Part shown: in pieces, positions 10,248 to 22,088 of the stretch
Layout of the letters: the number at the start of each line of letters is the position of its first letter
Numbering within the stretch: the stretch's first letter is position 1
Assembly (NCBI GenBank): GCA_963715985.1
Contig: CAVQSP010000009.1
Coordinates: 96,001 to 160,000 of the forward strand
Reading direction: 5' to 3'
From: an uncultured Thermoleophilia bacterium
GTDB taxonomy: Bacteria > Actinomycetota > Thermoleophilia > UBA2241
DNA: 64,000 nt
Program-made: the position numbers and the translations under genes
Notes under the pieces: model-generated
Seen by the model: only the letters and a program-made list of their open reading frames with translations
Database searches by the model: none
What the model was told of the DNA's origin: nothing

Positions 10248-10529
10248 TCACACCTCGTCGAGGAAGAACCCCTCCGCCTCCTCCGCCTCCCACTCCTCGA
10301 ACGGGTCGTCCGCCACGGCGGCGCGCATGGCCTCAACACCGGTGCGCCACGACGCCTCGTCCTCCCAGCGCGCCATGCCGATGAGGCGGCCGCTGCGGCG
10401 GTCGCGCAGCACCTTGGCGTCGATGAACCCCGGCGCAGCCTCAGCTGCCGCGCCGAAGCGGTGCATGGAGGCGATGAGGTCGTCCTCTTTGCCGGGTCGC
10501 GGCGTATGGATCGACAGATGGATGATCAC
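10248..10529 (-). CDS. Antibiotic biosynthesis monooxygenase (ABM) family protein
   Basis: PRPGKE...APGFI...ARWEDEASW ferredoxin-like ABM pattern. Confidence 0.75.
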   Translation of the reverse strand: MIIHLSIHTPRPGKEDDLIASMHRFGAAAEAAPGFIDAKVLRDRRSGRLIGMARWEDEASWRTGVEAMRAAVADDPFEEWEAEEAEGFFLDEV

Positions 10530-10533
10530 GTCG

Positions 10534-12250
10534 TCAGAGCCCTCCCGCCGCGCCCGTCCGCCGCGGGTCGGTGCTCGCGCTCAGCAGCCCGGTCTGCCCG
10601 TCGCGCCACGCCTGCTGATACGACCCCATGTGGTGGTCGAACGGGGGGCGTGGGGCCAGCTTCGCCCCGAGCCTGGCGAGGTCGCGCAGCACCGGCTCGG
10701 GGATCCGCGCCTCGATGTCGATCGTGTAGTCCTCGCGCATCGGCAGCATGCGCGGCAGGACCGCGGCGTCGTAGGGGTCGTTGGGATAGTCGAGCACGTT
10801 CGACAGCATCTGCGGGACGGTGCAGTGGATGTTGCCGGGCGAGCCCAGCGAGAGCCACGGCCGGCCGTCCTTCATGACGATCGGTGCTGCTGATGACGGA
10901 TCGCATCCGGCTGCCCGGCAGACCGAGCCAGCCGCTGATGAAGTAGTCCATGGCGAACTTGACGTGGCTGCCCGCCATGGGGACCCCGTCGACGACCATG
11001 CCGGGGATGCCGCCGGACTGCAGCGTGTTCATCATCTGCACCCAGTTGCCGTCCGCGTCCACGCACGTGAGCTCGCAGCTCCCGGCAGGCTGCTTCTTCG
11101 CCGTGTCCGGCCCCGGCGACTGCCAGCCGAAGGCGCGCAGAAGCGCAGGGTCGCCGGTGAGCTCGACGTGGCGGGTGAGGTCGACGCCGTCCTTGGGCCG
11201 CGAGCGGCGCAGGATCGTCGCGAGGCTCGCGTGGTAGTCGTCCGACATCCAGACGTCGAGCGGCACGTCGAAGAACTCCGGGTCGTGCAGGTGACCCAGT
11301 TCGAAGTGCGCGCGACGAAGGGCCTGGCCCATGTAGTAGAGGCTCTCGGCGGACTCGGAGTAGTGGCCGAGCTCGCTCACGCCGAGGTGCCGCAGGATGC
11401 CCAGCACGAGGCAGCAGTACACGCCCTGACGTTCGGGCGGCGGCGGCTGGAGTATCTCGTAGTCCCCGTGCCGGTAGCGCAGCGGCTCGGCCCATCGCGG
11501 CGGCGCCGCCGTGAGATCCCCGAGCTCGATCTGCCAGCCCAGCCGGTTCGCGGTCTCGACGAAGTGCCGCGCCCAGTCGCCGGTGGTGAAGTAGTCGGGT
11601 CCCTCCTCGGCGAGACGCCGCAGCGTGACGGCGAGCGCGGGGTTGCGCAGCTTCTCGCCGACCGACGGTGTGAACCCGTCCGGCGCGTAGAGCTCGCGCA
11701 TCGCCGGGAAGTAGGTGTTGCCCTCGAGCTCCCACTCGAGGATCGCGCGTGTGAACTCGTCGACCGGGAACCCGTCCTCTGCCCACGGGATCGCGGGCTC
11801 GACCAGTGCCTTCCACGGCTTCGAGCCGAAACGCTCGTGAAGCGCGGCGACGCCGGGCATGAACCCCGGCAGGCAGGCCATCGGCTCGCCCTGGGCGAGG
11901 CCGTCCATCCCCGGGGGAAAGGTGCGGAACGGCGGCAGCGTCGGGTGCAGCGTGCCCATGCTGTTGAGGTAGTGCGTCGTACCCGTCCGCGCGTCGAAGT
12001 ACAGGGCACAGACGGTCCCGGTGTGGTTCGTCATGTCGATCTGCACGGTCGCCTGCGTGAGGCAGCCGGCGACGGCGGCGTCGGCCGCGTTGCCGCCGGC
12101 GCGCAGCACGTCGAGCATCGTCTGCGTCACGATCGGGCTCTGGCTGCTGGCGACGGCGCGCTTGCCGCGTACCACCTCTTTCGGTCCCTGGCGCGGGAGC
12201 AGTGACGACGCCGGGGTGGGGCCGGCACGCGGGGCAGATGGGTCGCTCAC
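10534..12250 (-). CDS. Gamma-glutamyltransferase family protein (frameshift near 10880)
   Basis: GGNAADAAVA, PG..G...LHERFGSKPW, AEDGFPV, NPALA.TL, VDADGN, LGSPG. Confidence 0.8.
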
Positions 12251-13551
12251 GACTCAGCCTTCGGTGCCTGGACCGGAGCCGGCCCGCGCTCCGCCAGGAG
12301 GTCGCCGTCGCTGCGGCAGGCGACCCCGGCCTTGAACACCTCGCGGACCGTCCCCTTGTCGCGGAACACGGTGATGTCCGAGGGGTCCACGCCGAGCACG
12401 ATGGCGTCGAAGACGTAGCCGGGCGCGATGCGCCCGTAGCGGTCGCCGACGCCGCAGAGCTCGGCGCCGCTCGACGTGGCGGCCAGCAGGGTCTCCTCGA
12501 CCGTGAGGCCGGCCTCGTGCAGCAGCGCGAGCTCCTCGAGGTTGCGGCCGTGCTGGCGGCGGTCGATCCAGTCGCAGCCGCTGGCGATGCGCACGCCCGC
12601 CTCCCGTGCGATGCGCACGCACTCACCGAACGAGTCGCGCAGCTCCAGCACCTTCTTGATGGCGTAGGAGGGGGCGGCCACCGACTCCTCGCTCCGCTGG
12701 GAGAGAGCCGTGTCGATCAGATCGTTGACGATGGACAGCGTCGGCACCAGCCAGCAGCCGGCCGCCGCCATCGCCTCTGCCTGGCTCTCGGTCAGCATGG
12801 TGCCGTGCTCGATCGAACGGATCCCGCAGGCGACGGCCAGGTCGATGCCCTCGCCGGCGATGGCGTGGCTCATGACCGGCTTGCCGCGCCGGCCGGCCTC
12901 GAAGACGGCGGTGGCGACCTCCTCGGCGGTGAAGCTCGTGTCCCACGGAGTGTCGTGGGGAGAGACCACGCCGCCGCTCGTGCAGAGCTTGATGCAGTCG
13001 GCGCCGTCGCGCAGCAGGCGTCGCACGGTGACGCGCATGTCGTCGACGCCGTCGACGGTGGTCAGGAGGTGGCCGAGGACCGGGTCGGGGTCCACGCCGA
13101 CGCGCTCGGAGTAGGTGTCGCCGTGGCCGCCCGTCTGGCTGAGCAGGATGATCGCGACCTGCAGCCGCGGCCCGGTGACGAGTCCCTCCTCCACGGCGCG
13201 CTTGACGCCGGCGTCCGCACCTCCGGCGTCGCGCACGAAGGTGACCCCGGCGTCCAGCGTCTTGCGCAGGTTCACGGCCGTCTCCAGGGTGGAGTACGAG
13301 AGCGGGGTGCGCAGCAGTTCCCGCTCATCCACCGTGGACGATGCCATGTGGGCATGGCAGTCGAAGACGCCGGGCATCAGCCAGAGACCGCGCAGATCGT
13401 AGGCCGGCGCGTCCGCCGGCCCTTTCGCGGAACGGCCGATCCCGGTCACGACGCCGTCCTCGACGACGACGGCGGTCTCCTCCGAGAAGCCGCCGTCCTC
13501 TTCCAGGACGCGGACGTTGTGCAGCGTGAACGTGGAGCCGTTGGGTGACAT
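12247..13551 (-). CDS. Metal-dependent amidohydrolase (Xaa-Pro dipeptidase-like)
   Basis: MPGVFDCHAH, GVTFVRDAG, TGGHGD, IKLCTSGGV, SHA, SIEHG. Confidence 0.85.
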   Translation of the reverse strand: MSPNGSTFTLHNVRVLEEDGGFSEETAVVVEDGVVTGIGRSAKGPADAPAYDLRGLWLMPGVFDCHAHMASSTVDERELLRTPLSYSTLETAVNLRKTLDAGVTFVRDAGGADAGVKRAVEEGLVTGPRLQVAIILLSQTGGHGDTYSERVGVDPDPVLGHLLTTVDGVDDMRVTVRRLLRDGADCIKLCTSGGVVSPHDTPWDTSFTAEEVATAVFEAGRRGKPVMSHAIAGEGIDLAVACGIRSIEHGTMLTESQAEAMAAAGCWLVPTLSIVNDLIDTALSQRSEESVAAPSYAIKKVLELRDSFGECVRIAREAGVRIASGCDWIDRRQHGRNLEELALLHEAGLTVEETLLAATSSGAELCGVGDRYGRIAPGYVFDAIVLGVDPSDITVFRDKGTVREVFKAGVACRSDGDLLAERGPAPVQAPKAES

Positions 13552-13571
13552 AGCTGCTCCTTGAGGGGGTG

Positions 13572-15669
13572 TCATGGGCCGTCACCGCCGTCCGGGGACG
13601 GCATGCTGAGCCCGAGCTTACGCATCAGGAACCCGAGCCACTCCGCGACCTGGTCGGGGTCGGTGCCCACGCTGAGATGGCCGCCGTCCGGGCGAGCACG
13701 CAGGAGGATCTCGTTGCCGGACGTTGCCAGCTGCTGGAGGCGCGCCGCGAGCTTGCGCGCGTGCCAGGGCTGGCAGCGCGAATCGTTCTCGCCGGTCCAC
13801 ACGAGGACGGGCGGGTAGGCGGCCTCCTTCAGGTTCTGGTAGGGCGACCACCGGGCCAACGCCTGCGCTCCCTCGGGCGACTTCGGATCACCGTAGTCGA
13901 TGACCGTGGCCCCGTACCCGAACGGATCCAGGGACGGGCTGAGCAGGTCGGCGAGGGGCACCTGCACGCAGACGGCGCCCCACAGCTCCGGCCGCTGCGC
14001 CAGTGCCGCCGCCGTCAGCACTCCGCCGTTGGACTCACCCACGAGGCCGAGCTGAGCCTGGGTGGTGACGCCCTGCGCGACCAGCCACTCCGCCACCGCG
14101 AACAGGTCGTCGAAGGTGCCCTGTTTGTGCTCCAGGCGTCCCTCGTGCCACTGGCGCTCGCCGAACTCGCCGCCGCCCCGCAGGTGCAGGATGCCGACCA
14201 CGCCGCCGGCGAGCACGAAGGGAGCCAGCTTGCCGAGGTAGGTAGGGACGAAGGCGATGCTGAAGCCGCCGTAGCCGTACAGGAGCGTGGGGTGCGGCCG
14301 CGACGTGTCGAGGTCGCGCGGCCGGACCAGCGTGACCGTCACCTCGCGGCCGTCCGCGGCAACGGCCGTCCGCAGCTCGTCCACGACATCATCGAGGACC
14401 AGCGCGGGAGGCTGGACGAGCGTGAGCTGCCGGGAGGGGACGTCGTACTGATAGGCGGCCGGTGAGCGGCCCGGCGAGGCGAACGTGAAGGTGAACGAAT
14501 CGCCGCAGACGACGACGCTGTCGCCCTCCATCGGGGGCATCACCTTGTAGTGGGCGCTCATGGCGTGCTCCGCCACGACCCCGCGCCCCGGCAGCGGCAG
14601 CTCGTCGACGAGCGTCATGCCCGCGTCGAAGATGCGGACGCGCGCGGCCGCCCGAGCCAGGCCGCAGACCACGTAGTGCCCGGCGACGAGGTCGATGGTC
14701 AGCAGGACCTCGTCGGACTCCGGCAGCAGCTCCTTCCAGGTCGAGCGATCGTGGGCCGACTCGAGCGGCAGGCGCACGACGCGACCGCGCGGGGCGCCCT
14801 CGGTGGTGACCGCGACGTAGTCGTCGCCGTCCACGAAGCCGTAGGCGCGGCCCTGCCTTGCGGTCCTCGAGGACCTCGAACCACTCCCCGTCCGGCAGGC
14901 GGCGCGCGAGCCAGATGCGGCCCCCGAAGCGCTCGCTGACCAGCGTGAGCCAGCGCCCGTCCGCGGAGACCTGCGGGTAGCCGCCGGGCGGGTCGCCGAC
15001 GGCCGACGCGGAAGCCGAGCGCCGCCAGGGAGTCGCGCGCTCGGCTCGCTCCTCGTCCACCGCGAGGAAGAGCAGGTCGCGCGGCTCGTCCCCCAGGTAA
15101 GTCGCCTGCGGGGAAGTAGCAGCCGCTCGAGTCGGGCAGCCACGCCACGCGCGAGAACCACGTCTCCGGGACGGCCACGGGGAGCACCTCCTCGCGCTCC
15201 ACGTCGAGCAGGCGCAGGACGCACTGTTCGTCGCCGCCCCCGGAGATGCCGAAGGCGACGTAGCGGCCGTCCGGCGAGGGGAAGAACCAGTCGAGGGAGG
15301 CCGGCCGGCCGGGCTCCGAGAACGCGTCGGCCGTCAGGATCGCGCGCCAGGGGCCCGCAGGGCCGGAGGCGCGCTCGAGCCGCTCGCCGCCCTCGCCGTG
15401 GGCGAGGCGGATCCAGCGGTCGCCGCTGCCGTGCGGGGCGCTCACGAACGTCGAGCCCACGTGTTGTCTCCAGGGAGCGCCTGAGCTCGTCGAACCCCTC
15501 GACGTCGCCGCAAGGCGCGCTCCGCGACGGCGTTCTGCGCCGCCTGCCAGGCGAGCGTCTCGGGGCTGTCCTCCTCCAGCCAGGAGAAGGGGTCCTCGTA
15601 CGTCACGCCGGCGGCGTCCACGCGGACCGGCCGCGGCTCCGCCTTCGGCGCCTCATCTCCCAGCAGCAT
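13572..15669 (-). CDS. Prolyl oligopeptidase family (S9A), paralog 1 (several frameshifts)
   Basis: EDPFSWLE, SPDGRYVA, LLYGYGGF, LRGGGEFG, GESNGG (Ser), ENDSRC (Asp), GGH (His). Confidence 0.85.
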
Positions 15670-15711
15670 CTCGCTCCCCTTGTCGTCGGACTCCGCCCCG
15701 TGTGCTCGCCT

Positions 15712-16454
15712 TCATTGGGGTCGTTCACCGGCCAGCCATCCGCCGTCGACGGGCACGTAGGCGCCGGTCATGTACGACGAGTCGTCGCAGGTGAGGAACT
15801 GCACGACGGACGCGATCTCCTCGGGCCGGCCGTAGCGGCCGAGGGCGGCGCGGCGGCCGTAGTAGGCGATGCGCTCCGGACTGGCGAAGCCGGCCGCGTT
15901 CATCGGCGTGTCGATGACGCCGGGGCCCACGACGTTGACCCGGATGCCGTAGCGGCCCCAGTCGATGGCGAGGCCACGGCCGAGCTGCAGGACCGCGCCC
16001 TTCGACGTCACGTACGCGACCTGGCCGGGCATCGCGATCTGTGAGTTGATCGAGCCCAGCAAGACGATGCTCCCGCCTGCCCGCGCCCGATGAGGTGACG
16101 CCCCACGGCGCGGGCCATGAAGAAGCACCCGTCCACGTTCACGCGCTGCACGCGGTGCCAGGTGTCGTCGTCCATCTCGTGCGCCGGACCGGTCAGCTCG
16201 ATCCCTGCGGCAGCCACGAGGTGATCCACGTGACCGAGCTGCTCCACGGCCGCCATCACGGCCGCGTCGCACTCCGCCGAGGAGGCGACATCGACGACGA
16301 GGCCCAGCGCCGCGCCGATCTCGGCGGCGAGACGAGGGGTGTCGGGCGACAGGTCGGCGCAGACCACGCGGTCGCCTCGTGCGACGAGGCGGCGGGCGCA
16401 GGCCAGGCCGATGCCTGAGGCGGCGCCGGTGACGAGGGTGACGACGTCGCTCAC
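15712..16454 (-). CDS. SDR family oxidoreductase (frameshift near 16080)
   Basis: VTGAASGIG, YVTSK, IRVNVVGPG.IDT, SSYMTGA..PVDGG. Confidence 0.85.
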
Positions 16455-18230
16455 GGCGCGCCCGTCGGCAGTATCAGGCGCGGCGCCGAGGCGGCGTCGT
16501 GGAGGATGCGCACGTGCGCCGCCGGGGCGTCGGCGGGCCGGCCGTGCCCGTACGGCGTCAGCTGGATCGCGTAGGCGTGGCGGATCGCCAGGCGCAGGCG
16601 GCTGCCGGCCTGCACGGTGCGCGTGCACCACTTGAACTCGCGGAACGTGACGTCGGTGGGCTCGCCCGGCACCAGGTAGTGGTGCGTGCCGTCGAGGTGG
16701 CGGCAGCTCAGTCGCAGCGCGTCGCTGCTGAGGAAGATCGAGTCGCCCATCGGCGTGATCTCGTGCAGCAGCACCACGAGATCGGCGTCGGGCTGGTCGC
16801 ACACCAGGCGCACGTGCAGTTCGGGCTCGCCGACGATGGTGATGTCCGTCGGTGAGGATGCGCGACGTGTACACCACACCCTGGCCGTCGAGGTCGAGCA
16901 CGAGACGGGGATTGGTGGGGTCGTTGCCGGCTACGGACATGAGGAAGTTGTTCATCGGCTGGCCGTGGAACGGCGACTCTGGTCCGCTGCCCGCGGGTCG
17001 TGGCTGCAACTCGGCCTCGTGCGTGCGCATGTCGAACGGGTCGCACGTGAAGGTGGCGTCGGGGCTTGCCGCCGGTGCGTCCTCGACGAAGCCGGAGTGG
17101 GTGGCATCCATCGGCCCGTCGGCAGAGCGCAGGTACTTGGTGACGCTTCCGGTGGTGGCTTGCTCGAGCGACGAAGCCGAGATCCAGCGCTCGGCGCCGG
17201 CGAGGTACAACATCACCCGGTCGCGCAGGAACTCGGGCGCCGGCGCGCCGTGCAGGATGTGGCGCAGCCAGTCGCGGCGCAGTTCGGGCAGGTTCACGGC
17301 GGCATCCGGCCCGAAGACCAGTTCGCCCACCTTGCCCTCGCCGAAGTGCGTGGCCATGTGGTCCCACGGGCCCACCACGAGGTGGCTCGCGGCGACCACG
17401 TCGGCAGGTGCGTGCCGGACGAACCGCCGCCAGTTGTGGATCGTGCCGCCGCTGCTGTCGTCGTACATGCCGGTGATCGACAGCACGGGCACGGTGGTGG
17501 CTGCGAGCTGCTCGGGCTGCGCCCAGTAGACCTCCCAACGCGGCCCGGGCTCGGCGTGGTCGACCGGCTCGAGGACCCACTCGTCCAAGGGGGCGCCTGC
17601 TGCGACCGCTGCCTCAACCAGCGAAGTGCCGGCAACCGCTGCATCGTAGAGGTGGCGGTGCCAGTGGGCGATGTCGCCGGCGATGGTGAACTGCGTGCCG
17701 CGGTTGCTGACCAGGCGCCGCCAGCCGAAGTCGTACAGCGCCGGGATGCCGCCGCGCGGCAGGTCGACGCCGAAGCCGCTGGTCGAGTCGGGCGTGATCG
17801 CCTTCAGCGACGGCGGCGCAGCGGCCAGGATGAGGTACTGGTTGACGCCCGTGTACGAGCCGCCGTGCAAGGCCACCTTGCCGTCGCACCAGTCCTGCGC
17901 GGCGATCCACTCGACCGCGTCGTAGCCGTCGCTCGCGTCGCGCAGGAACGGCACGAAGTCGCCGTCGCTGTTGCCCCGGCCGCGCACGTCGATGGCCACG
18001 TAGGCGAAGCCCTCCGCCGCCCAGAACACGCCGTCCTCGTTGAGGTGGTCGACGCCGTAGGGAGTGAGCTCCATCACGGCGCTCACCGGCTCGGTGTGGC
18101 CCCGGGGCCGCCACACCGCGGCGTGCAGCGAGAGGCCGTCGCGCAGCGGGATGCGCACGCCGATCGCCGTGAACGCCGACTGCGATCGAGGGGCGGGGCT
18201 CTTCAGACTGCTGTGTACGGGCATGGTCAT
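16451..18230 (-). CDS. CocE/NonD family hydrolase (frameshift near 16850)
   Basis: LRDG, TPY, DVRGRGNSDG, DGYDAVEWIAAQDWCDGKV, GGSYTG, GPWDH. Confidence 0.85.
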
Positions 18231-19186
18231 TCCCTCCGGTCGCGGCCGCCGACGACCCCTGCCTCGACGCGCGCGAGGAAGTCGGCGACGAGCACCATGG
18301 TCCGTGTCTCCTCCTCGGAGTGGCAGCTGTGCGAGCTCTCCTCGAGGATGTGCCATTCCGAGCCTGCGATGCCGTCGTGCAACGAGCGCATCACCGCCGG
18401 GGTGGCTTCGTCGTAGCGGCCCGAGAGCAGCAGCGTGGGCGCTGTGACCTCGCCGAGGCGCGGCCTGACGTCCCAGGCATCGAACTCCGCCGGCGCGCCC
18501 CCGGTCGGGAACTCGGCGCCGCCGGTCATCACGTCGTACACACGGTGGTCGTGCTCGAACGACGCGAGTGCGAGCGTCTCCCACTCGGGAGGGTGGTCCA
18601 TCCGCAGGACGTGCCTGCGTTCCCACACCGCATATGCCGCCTTGAACGCTTCGCTGTCCTGGCGGCCGGCGGCCTGCTCCGCGTCGAGTACGGTGAGCAC
18701 GTCCGCGGGCAGTTCGCCGCGCAGCCGCAGGGTCTCGCGGTTCCACTCCTCCATGCTGGCCGGGCCGCTCTCGAGCACGAGACTGCGCACACCGCTGGCG
18801 CCCGACAGCACGTGTTCCATGGCCAGCATGCATCCCCACGACTGGCCGATCAGGTGCACCTCGCGCAGGTCGAGCGCCTCGCGCAGCGCAGCGAGCTCGC
18901 GACGGAACAGGTCGATGGAGAACACGCCGGAGCGCGCGAAGCACTCGTCGGGCACGGGCGAACGGCCGCTCCCGATCTGATCGTAGCGGATGACCCGGCG
19001 ACCCGTTGCGGCGAGAGTCTCGAACGGGCGGAGATACTCGCTGTTGTATCCGGGGCCGCCGTGCAGGAGCAGCACCGGAGGCCGGTCGTCGTCATCGCCC
19101 ACGATGCGACACCACGTGCCGCCGAGCTCCGGCAGAAGGGCGAGGACCTGCTCCGTGACGGGGCCGGCGGGAATCGGGTCGTTCAT
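18227..19186 (-). CDS. Proline iminopeptidase-family alpha/beta hydrolase
   Basis: LHGGPG, YDQIGSGRS, GQSWG, GRYDE, SSH. Confidence 0.85.
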   Translation of the reverse strand: MNDPIPAGPVTEQVLALLPELGGTWCRIVGDDDDRPPVLLLHGGPGYNSEYLRPFETLAATGRRVIRYDQIGSGRSPVPDECFARSGVFSIDLFRRELAALREALDLREVHLIGQSWGCMLAMEHVLSGASGVRSLVLESGPASMEEWNRETLRLRGELPADVLTVLDAEQAAGRQDSEAFKAAYAVWERRHVLRMDHPPEWETLALASFEHDHRVYDVMTGGAEFPTGGAPAEFDAWDVRPRLGEVTAPTLLLSGRYDEATPAVMRSLHDGIAGSEWHILEESSHSCHSEEETRTMVLVADFLARVEAGVVGGRDRRE

Positions 19187-19209
19187 GGCGTCCAACCGTT
19201 CCCGAGGGC

Positions 19210-20601
19210 CTACAGGTAGGGCCTGATCCGCCGCGCCGCCGCCGCGCAGGCCTGCGCGAGGCGCTCCATGTCCGCCTCGGTGTGCGCGGTGCTCGCGGCG
19301 CAACAGCCGTAGAGCACGTAGACGTCTTCCAGCAGCAGGGCGAGGTGCAGGATCTTGTGGCTGAGCTCCACGTCGCTCAGATCGGGGTCGTGGAGCACGT
19401 GCGGGCGGTCGAGCGGCGCGCTCGGATCGTGGGGGAAGTGGAGGCCGGTCAGCGAGCTGCCGATGCCCGCCTCGTCGCGCCCGCCCGTGCACCGCGCCTC
19501 CACGCCTCCGGCGGCGAAGCCTTCCGCGATCCGCCGGCGCATGACGTCACCCAGCGCGGCGAGCCGCGGGTACACCTCGGCCTCGTGCTCGCGCAGGTAG
19601 GAGACCATCGTCTTCGCGGCGAGCAGCGAGGCGGGGTGTGCCGAGTACGTGCCGCCGGTGAAGGCGACGCGGTTGCCGCCTGCCTCGCCGCAGAGGGCCA
19701 TGACCTCGTCGCGGCCGGCGACGGCGGCCACCGGCATGCCGCCGCCGACGATCTTGCCGACGGTGACGAGGTCGGGGCGGATGCCGTAGAGGGAGCCGAG
19801 GTCGCCGGCGCAGAAGCGGAAGGCGCTGATGACCTCGTCGAAGATGAGCAGGACGCCGTGCCGCTCGCACAGCTCGCGCGCGGCGCGCAGGTACTCGGGA
19901 TGCGCGAAGATGAAGCTCCCCGCGCCCGCGTGCGGCTCGACGATGAAGCAGGCCAGACGGTCGCCGTAGGCGCGGAAGTCCTCTTCGAGCGCCTCCAGCT
20001 CGTTGAAGCGCGTCAGCACCACTTCGTCCGCGACGCGCCCCGGCAGGCCCTCGCTCTCCGGCCCCCACGGCCGCGGCGGGCCCTGGTTGTAGACGCCGTT
20101 GAGGCCCCAGGGCTGGGCGCCGTGCCAGCCGGTGGCGACCTTGAGCACCAGGTCGCGGCCCGTGAACGCCCTGGCCAGCATGATGGCGTACATGGTGGAC
20201 AGCGAGCCACTCGTGGTGAAGCGGACCTTGTCGGCGTGCAGGCAGTCGCAGACCAGCTCGGCGGTCTCGATCTGCAACTCCTCGGTCTGCCCGAGCTGCA
20301 GGCCCGTGCCGCCCGCGAACGCCTCTGCCAGCACGGAGGTGACGACCTCCGGGTCGTTCCCGAGGATGTTGGCGAAGTGGCCCTGCCAGAAGTCGAGCAG
20401 GTCGTGACCGTCCACGTCGCGCACGAAGGCGCCCTGGGCGCTCTCGATGCGCACGGGGAACGGGCGCGTCAGACGGAACCCGTGGCTGCCCCCGTCGACC
20501 ATCACCCGTTCGGCCCTGACTGCGAGCTCCCCGGAGCGCGGGAAGCGCGCCGCGTACTCGCTGCTCAGGTGCTCGATCAGCCGCGTGTTGTCACGTCTCA
20601 T
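19210..20601 (-). CDS. Class III aminotransferase (glutamate-1-semialdehyde aminomutase-like)
   Basis: DVDG..LLD, IVEP, LLIFDEVI, GKIVGGGMP, GTYSAHP. Ends in TAG. Confidence 0.85.
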   Translation of the reverse strand: MRRDNTRLIEHLSSEYAARFPRSGELAVRAERVMVDGGSHGFRLTRPFPVRIESAQGAFVRDVDGHDLLDFWQGHFANILGNDPEVVTSVLAEAFAGGTGLQLGQTEELQIETAELVCDCLHADKVRFTTSGSLSTMYAIMLARAFTGRDLVLKVATGWHGAQPWGLNGVYNQGPPRPWGPESEGLPGRVADEVVLTRFNELEALEEDFRAYGDRLACFIVEPHAGAGSFIFAHPEYLRAARELCERHGVLLIFDEVISAFRFCAGDLGSLYGIRPDLVTVGKIVGGGMPVAAVAGRDEVMALCGEAGGNRVAFTGGTYSAHPASLLAAKTMVSYLREHEAEVYPRLAALGDVMRRRIAEGFAAGGVEARCTGGRDEAGIGSSLTGLHFPHDPSAPLDRPHVLHDPDLSDVELSHKILHLALLLEDVYVLYGCCAASTAHTEADMERLAQACAAAARRIRPYL

Positions 20602-22088
20602 GTCCGGCTCCATTCGCTCGGCCGGCCGCCCAGCGGGCGGGCGGGTCCGGTTCGGGATCGCGCGTGGGCGCGCCCGGGGAGGGCCGGGCGGCGCGCCCGG
20701 CCAGCGCCCCCACGTACACCCCATTGTGCACGGTGAGGACCCCTCGCACGAACACCATGTGCACGCCGGCCGGCGGCGTCCGCGCAGCGCTCGGGCTCGT
20801 AGTCGGCCGTGTCCACGATCGTTGCGGGGTCGAAGACGACGAGATCGGCGTCGCGGCCGGCCGCCAGCACGCCCTTGCCGGCCAGGCGCAGGCGCCACGC
20901 GGGCAGCGCCGTCATCTTGAAGAGCGCCTCCTCGAGGTCGAACAGGCGCTCGTCGCGCACGAACGGTCCCAGCACCCTGGGGAACGTGCCGGCCATGCGC
21001 GGGTGACCGCGTGTGACGCCGTCCTCACCGACCTCCGGCATGCCGTCGCTGGCCACCATGCACCAGGGCTTGCGCAGGGCCGTGCTGACGGCTCGCCACG
21101 GGATGCCGTGGCCGACGACCGTCGTGTCCTCGGGTGCCGCACGCAGCTCCCGAAAGAGCTCGTCGGTGAGGCGCTCGCCGAGGTGCGGCCCGCTGATGAC
21201 CTCGACATCGGCGAGATCCATCTCGTGGCGGGACCGCCAGTCGCCGTCGAAGACGGCGCTCTTCAGAAACGTCGACCAGGCATCGTAGGGGTAGCAGTCC
21301 GCGGTGACGTCAAGACCCTCGTCTCTGGCCTGCACGATCACGGCGAGCGTCTCCTCGATGGCGACGCCGGCGATGCTCGCCACGTGCGAGACCTGCACGG
21401 GGCAGCCGGCGGCGCGTCCCACGTCGACGACCTCGCGCACGGCCTCCGGGGCGCGGGCACCGGCGTGGCGCACGTGGGAGGCGACAGGGGCTCCGCGTGC
21501 GGCGGCCAGACGCGCCAGGGTCAGCTGCTCCTCGAAGGTCGTGCCCGGTGAGTACATCGGGCCGAACGAGACGCCGACGGCACCGGCCTCGAGGGAGGTC
21601 TCGACGAGAGCCTCGAGGCGCGCGAGCTGCACGGCCGAGAGAGGTCCGTACCCGTCGGCCTGGCCGGCCTCACGGCGCAGGGCCTGGGGCCCGACGTAGG
21701 AGGCGATGTTGCACTGCGCGCCCACCGCGTCGATCTCCGCCAGATACGCGCCGACGTCGCCCACCGACACGCCGCAGTTGCCGGTGACCACGGTCGTCAC
21801 GCCCTGGCGCACGAAGACCTCGGGACCCGTGGAGCCGCCGCCGTCGAGGTGGGCGTGGATGTCGATGAAGCCGGGGGCGACCGTGCCGCCGCCGACATCG
21901 TGCACCTGGGTGACGCCGGGCCGCACGAGCGCATCCATCTCGGCGTCCGACCCCACGGCGAGGATGCGGGCCCCGTGCGCGGCCACGGCGGTCGCCTGCG
22001 GCCGCGCCGGGTCCATCGTCAGCACACGGCCGTTGCGCAGAACGAGGGTGGCCCAGCCGGGGCCGGGGCTGCCGTCCGGCGGCTTCAC
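20591..22088 (-). CDS. N-acyl-D-amino-acid deacylase family amidohydrolase (frameshift near 20780)
   Basis: APGFIDIHAH, QGVTTVVTGNCG, DCYPY, ASDG, HPRMAGTFPR, DADLVVFDP. Confidence 0.85.

Noticed and set aside
16008-18944. 978-aa fusion ORF (also 38505..41981, 25623..28076, 61379..63580)
   Set aside because: These are artefacts of stop-poor GC-rich frames and frameshifts joining separate genes that have their own starts or RBSs.
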